Positions 48,101-49,087 of a stretch of 49,087 nt of DNA are shown here, piece by piece. Numbering within the stretch: position 1 is the first letter of the stretch; the number at the start of each line of letters is the position of its first letter. This stretch comes from Priapulus caudatus (taxonomy: Eukaryota). The notes under the pieces are model-generated. The model made no database searches, had not been told where the DNA came from, and saw only the letters and a program-made list of their open reading frames with translations. Both the position numbers and the translations under genes were made by a program. The DNA lies in the NCBI RefSeq assembly GCF_000485595.1, contig NW_014577064.1, positions 517,022-566,108 on the forward strand, given 5' to 3'.

Positions 48101-48976
48101 TTAATATATGGAAAGTCTGTGCATCAGTTGATGATACACAGAAATCTGTGCATCAGTTGATGATACACAGAAATCTGTGCATCACTTCGTGATACCTAAG
48201 GTGCCTAAAGTGGATTTGCACCTGGAGAGTGTAGCCGCCTACTCCCTATCGTCATACGTATAGTCAACACGACGCTGATTACAAGGGGAATTTGAATTGT
48301 TTCACGTATGTTCGTGTATCCTTATATCATTGAGTGTACACACTGCTTTGTTCGTATATACGGTATAAGGTCATACACATAGGATTCTCACGTTCCAAGA
48401 CCGTAATGAACACGGTGTACTGAATACACACCCTATTGAGGCTGGCTTTTAATGTTTATTTCTAAATGCTTTTTGTAATTGATGCACGCTGTTATAATGG
48501 TGAGATGCTCTGCGGCAGGTGTGTGTGAGCGTGTTCTATAATTGCTTACAGAATGACTCACCGATGGACGAGCACGGTGTAGCCGCAGCTTTCCTGCCTC
48601 TAGTCACAGCTTTCTGTAGAGTAAGTACACAGCTATCAAGCATCATGCATATCTGTACTAAATGAAAAAATTAGGCGCACACGAGCTATTCTCGATCCCG
48701 TCTAATCATAGGGGTATAGATTTAATCTTGTTGCATCGATTTCCACGTGTTAAGCATTGTAATGATTATGCGTGTGTATTTCAGAAACTCTGTACAGGCG
48801 TGATACAGTTTGCATACACCTGTATCCAGGACCACCCCGTGTGGTCGAACGTACAGTTCTGGGAGCAGACGTTCTATTCTGACGTGGAACGTCACATCCG
48901 CCTCCTCTATGTGGCGCCACAGGAGGGCCTCATCGCTGATGCAGAGCCAGCACTAGCGCCATCTAGTCCTAGAGAG
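20895..48976 (+). CDS. SBF2: SET-binding factor / myotubularin-related pseudophosphatase SBF1/SBF2 (MTMR5/MTMR13) orthologue, N-terminal DENN region; 17 exons, continues beyond window
   Basis: Exons: 20895-20949 ([17 protein letters not shown]), 32779-32864, 33178-33435, 37756-37858, 39153-39269, 39740-39872, 41594-41702, 42413-42526, 42955-43032, 44299-44412, 44754-44882, 45593-45691, 46767-46871, 46967-47182, 47752-47901, 48552-48620, 48785-48976. Total 2127 nt (709 codons), phases consistent. Motifs [51 protein letters not shown]. The last donor is the least certain. Confidence 0.95.
22221..22727. mobile_element. Foldback element with ~215-bp inverted arms
   Basis: Arms 22221-22435 and 22513-22727 are close reverse complements. 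The ORF track shows mirror peptides [15 protein letters not shown] on both strands. Confidence 0.85.
22878..23196 (-). mobile_element. MITE with GGCC termini, copy 2 (reverse complement of 383-740)
   Basis: Shares TIRs and interior (e.g. CATGCTCGGGTGTGCTTG, GGGAAAGATCAATAA) with 383-740 in opposite orientation. Confidence 0.75.
24590..24672. repeat. (GCAC)n/(CA)n microsatellite
   Basis: Direct reading. Confidence 0.85.
25885..26062. repeat. (GGA/GAA)n purine tract
   Basis: Direct reading. Confidence 0.85.
26330..26522. repeat. 28-bp GT-rich minisatellite
   Basis: Unit GTGTAGCATGGGTGTGTGTTGTGGGGTT. Confidence 0.9.
27250..28080. repeat. Degenerate array of the same 28-bp GT-rich unit
   Basis: Many indel-ridden copies of GTGTAGCATGGGTGTGTGTTGTGGGGTT. 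Confidence 0.85.
30050..30210. mobile_element. Array of three different P-like hairpins separated by four copies of the target ATATTAT
   Basis: ATATTAT at 30050, 30108, 30154 and 30204. Inserts 30057-30107 (CAGGAGC...GCTCCTG), 30115-30153 (CAAG...CTTG) and 30161-30203 (CAGAAGTAGATAAT...ATTATCTACTTCTG), each self-complementary. Confidence 0.8.
30687..30979 (+). mobile_element. Helentron-associated non-autonomous element (HINE/DINE-like)
   Basis: AACTAGA start, TACCTCC motif, internal (ACACACACGAAC)n, terminal ATTACCTCC-hairpin-GAGGTAAC. Confidence 0.6.
31742..31787. mobile_element. P-like mini-hairpin / footprint (GTAGATAAT family)
   Basis: 20-bp perfect arms CAGGAGTAGATAATAGAAGA; 7-bp TSD ATGTTAT. 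Confidence 0.8.
32062..32466 (-). mobile_element. HINE-like element
   Basis: (GTCC)n microsatellite near one end, GCGGAGGTATT plus hairpin AATCACTG...CAGTGATT and CTAGTT at the other. Confidence 0.5.
34862..34918. mobile_element. P-like mini-hairpin / footprint (GTAGATAAT family)
   Basis: 16-bp perfect arms CAAGAGTAGATAATAA; 7-bp TSD CACTTGT. Confidence 0.8.
35101..35402. repeat. 40-bp G-rich minisatellite with internal 10-N gap
   Basis: Unit TGGTGTAGGAGGGTAGGGGGTGGTGTCGGAAGGTAGCAGA. Confidence 0.9.
38425..38743. mobile_element. Mutator-like MITE containing (CCCTAA)n
   Basis: 42-bp perfect inverted repeat (38433-38474 / 38694-38735). 9-bp TSD GTCAGTGAA placed symmetrically 8 nt outside it. 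Telomeric-type repeats at 38531-38596. Confidence 0.8.
41025..41515. mobile_element. Kolobok-like MITE with long TIRs
   Basis: TTAA on both sides (41021-41024, 41516-41519). Inverted arms of about 120 bp (GCCGCACTATGCGCATCCAA... / ...TTGGATGCGCATAGCGCGGCT). Confidence 0.75.
42298..42375. repeat. 78-bp spacerless palindrome
   Basis: AAAATCTCTTGATCGTAGCATATTAGTAGCAATCTAATA|TATTAGATTGCTACTAATATGCTATGATCAAGAGATTTT, one mismatch. Confidence 0.9.
42595..42862. repeat. (CAGA/CAGG)n degenerate microsatellite
   Basis: Direct reading. Confidence 0.8.
43047..43840 (+). mobile_element. HINE-like element spanning a gap
   Basis: AACTAGAGCACTCGGAGAG...ACCTCCGCCAAGG start; end TGAAAACATAACCTCCGCCA...TGGCGGAGGTAAC. 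Same architecture as 30687-30979. Confidence 0.65.
45851..46528. mobile_element. HINE-like element with (CGTC)n and (CCTA)n
   Basis: TTTTTAGCTCACCTTGAC...GTCAAGATGAGCTA hairpin, (CGTC)n tract, and distal inverted AAGGTGAGCTA followed by short hairpin AGTGTCATTGACACT. Confidence 0.65.
47943..48219. mobile_element. MITE containing (TTAGGG)n
   Basis: TIRs GCAAATCCACTTTAGGCACC...GTGATGCACAGA and reverse complement. GGTTAG repeats at 48061-48086. Imperfect flanking direct repeat GGAGA(A/G)TGTAGC. Confidence 0.75.
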
Positions 48977-48982
48977 GTAGCA

Positions 48983-49087
48983 CAGTATGACCTACCCTGC
49001 CTACAGTATGACCTACCCTGCCTACAGTATGACCTACCCTGCCTACAGTATGACCTACCCTGCCTACAGTATGACCTACCCTGCCTA
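48983..49087. repeat. 21-bp tandem repeat after the last visible SBF exon
   Basis: Unit ACAGTATGACCTACCCTGCCT, 5 copies to window end. Confidence 0.9.

Overview
Eukaryotic (animal, invertebrate-like; lophotrochozoan origin is an inference) genomic DNA with five N gaps. It holds four spliced protein-coding genes, reconstructed by hand from GT-AG sites and reading phase: the terminal catalytic exon of a galactose-3-O-sulfotransferase (+), a complete 3-exon TRIR/C19orf43 homologue (-), a complete 7-exon RAD1 (-), and the first 17 exons of an SBF1/SBF2 (MTMR5/MTMR13) gene (+). RAD1 and SBF sit head-to-head with 172 bp between their ATGs. Introns and intergenic DNA carry many non-autonomous DNA transposons (Harbinger-, hAT-, pogo-, Kolobok-, Mutator- and Helentron-like). 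The most unusual signal is 13 tiny (22-83 bp) CA...TG hairpins, each flanked by a 7- or 8-bp target-site duplication, mostly with 12-20 nt arms and unrelated spacers. They resemble P-element-type excision footprints rather than MITEs. Four cluster upstream of TRIR, and three different ones are stacked in a repeat-spacer array (ATATTAT x4) at 30050-30210. Protein identities rest on recalled motifs, not database searches.
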